In this document: in pieces, positions 62,160 through 64,000 of the stretch | Numbering within the stretch: position 1 is the stretch's first letter | Layout: each line of letters starts with the position of its first letter | From: Mobula hypostoma | Lineage: Eukaryota | Length of the DNA stretch: 64,000 nucleotides | Direction of reading: 5' to 3' | Assembly: GCF_963921235.1 (NCBI RefSeq) | Contig: NC_086109.1 | Span: 26,910,001-26,974,000, forward strand | Translations under genes and position numbers: made by a program | The notes under the pieces: generated by a model | What the model saw: only the letters and a program-made list of their open reading frames with translations | Told to the model about the DNA's origin: nothing | Database searches by the model: none

Positions 62160-63310
62160 AATAAATGTTAAAGAACATGAGCTAAAGAGTCCCTGAAAGT
62201 GAACCCAGAGGATGTTGGAACAGTTCAGTAATGGGGGCGAGTGAAGTCATCCCCTCTGGTGCAAAAGCCTGACGGCTGAGGGGTAATAATTGTTCCTGAA
62301 AATGGTGGTGTGGTCCTGAGGCCCCTGTACCTTCTTCCTGATGGCAGCAGCAAGAAGAGAGCATGACCTGGAAGTTGGGGTTTCTTGGTAATGGATGCTG
62401 CTTTCCTGCAGAAGCACTCCACATAGATGCGCTCAGTGGTTGGGAGGTCTGGGCTGTATTAACTACTTTTTGTACGATTTTCCATTCAAAGACATCGGTG
62501 TTTCCATATCAGCTAGTCAATACACTCTCCACTACATATATACAGAAGTTTGTCAAAGTTTCAGACATCATGACAAATCTTTGCAAACTTCCAAGCAGAG
62601 GCACTGACATGCTTTCTTCGTAGTGGAAATTACATGCTGGAGCCAGGAGAGATTCTTTGAAATGATAACACCAAGTTGCTGATCCTCTCTACCTCTGATC
62701 CCCTGATGACGATCGGCTCATGGACCTCAGGTTTTGTCCTCCTAAAGACAATAATAAGCTGCTTGGTTCAGCTGACATTGAGTGAGAGATTGTTGTGACA
62801 CCACTCAGCCAGATTTACAATCTCCCTCCTATATGCTGATTCATCACCAGCTTTGATTCAGCCAACAGCAGCAAACTTCAAAATGCCATTGGACCTGTGC
62901 TTAGCCTCACGGTCATAAATATAAAGCAAGCAGAGCAGGGTTTAAGCACACATCCTTGAGGTGTGGAGATTGTGGAGATGTTTTTGCCAATCCGAAGTGA
63001 CTGGGGTCTGCATGTGAGGAATAGAGGATCCATTTGCACAAGGAGGTATTGAGGCCCAGGACTTGAAACTTATTGATTAGTTTTGATGGGATGACAGCAT
63101 TGAATACCAAACTGTGCTCAATGAAGAGCATCCTGATATATGCACCATCGCTCATCAGATGCCCCAGGGTTGAGTGAAGAGCTGATGAAATGGCACCTGC
63201 TGTAAAACTATTACTCCGGTAGGCAAATTGTACAGATCCAAGTCACTTCTCAGGCAGGAGTTTCATCACCAACCTCTCAAAGCACCTCATCCCAATGGAT
63301 GCATGTACTA
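62160..63310 (-). mobile_element. Rex/Babar-type LINE fragment (RT and 3' region)
   Basis: Minus ORFs YIRMLFIEHSLVFNAVIPSKLINK..LGLNTSLCKWIL and HALFLLLPSGRRYRGLRT. Confidence 0.75.
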
Positions 63311-63479
63311 CTGACAATGGTCACGGAGGCACCGCAGTGAGAGAGAAGATGGTGCCAGCATACATTGTTGACTCTATGCAGGCTGCAGAAAATTGTTCCA
63401 GTTTTCCCTTTAAATACCCTTCTTTTGAATTACTTTTGCTGCAATCTGCAGCATGCAAATTCCCTCTTAACAAGACTGT

Positions 63480-64000
63480 GAAATTACATCAATGATCTTC
63501 AGGTCGTACAGTCGACAATTGAATGCAGAGCCATGAGCCCCGGTGGAGCAGTTAAGCACGGCACCTTTAAGGGTCAACACCATGGCTGGAAACATAGCAG
63601 AAGACGTGGAATAATCCAAGCCAAGCTGACGCACCGAGGAATGAGACTTCTTTTACCCAGCATCCTGTTAACAAACGTGCAGTCGCTGGAAAATAAGATT
63701 GACGATCTCAGGGCAAGGCTGCTGCATCAAAGGCAGATCTCAACTGTATGTTGCATTGAGACTTGGTTATCTGCGGACACGCTGGGCGTAGCAGTCAGAC
63801 TGGAAGGTTTTACCATTTTCAGAATGGATTGAACCGCAGAACTGGTAAGGAAATAGGTGGTGGCGGGTACTTTTTAGTCAATTCTCTTTGGTGTTTGGAC
63901 ATGGGGGTTAAGTCAACCTCTTGTTCTCCTAAGAACATCTAACATTCAAATATAGACCATTCTATTTGCCTTGGAAGTTCTTGTGTGATCCTGACCTTAG
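63480..64000 (+). mobile_element. LINE 5' part with start of APE endonuclease (Rex/Babar-like), running off the window
   Basis: LPSILLTNVQSLENKIDDLRARL..CCIETWL..FTIFRMD. Confidence 0.75.

Noticed and set aside
1..64000. Prokaryotic systems (CRISPR array, retron, defence operon) suggested by the many RT and nuclease ORFs
   Set aside because: All RT, APE and GIY-YIG frames belong to eukaryotic retroelements within a spliced vertebrate locus; no regularly spaced repeats or operon structure were seen.

Overview
Vertebrate genomic DNA, most likely from a cartilaginous fish (inferred from the V-SINE/CR1/Penelope/Rex-Babar repeat landscape). No prokaryotic system is present. The + strand carries the 3' end of the adhesion GPCR gene CELSR2: GPS exon, 7TM exons, cytoplasmic tail, alternative last exons and a 3' UTR to about 41.5 kb. 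The - strand carries a convergent PSRC1 (GTSE1-family) gene, with five clear internal exons, a probable 4-nt stop exon and no located start exon. All exon phases were checked by hand. Main observations: (1) the CELSR2 C-terminus can end in SE*, EFLFFNFLH* (the same as human, from recall) or a PDZ-type ETSI* behind a triple tandem acceptor; (2) a miR-96 8-mer site in the CELSR2 3' UTR; (3) two families of minimal hammerhead ribozymes, mostly decayed, the main one carried by Penelope-like elements and often in fold-back pairs; (4) a four-layer retrotransposon nest with readable target-site duplications in one 12.6-kb intron, and a second three-layer nest; (5) both genes keep motifs typical of their paralogues CELSR1 and GTSE1. 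Comparisons to human proteins and repeat families are from recall, not from database searches.
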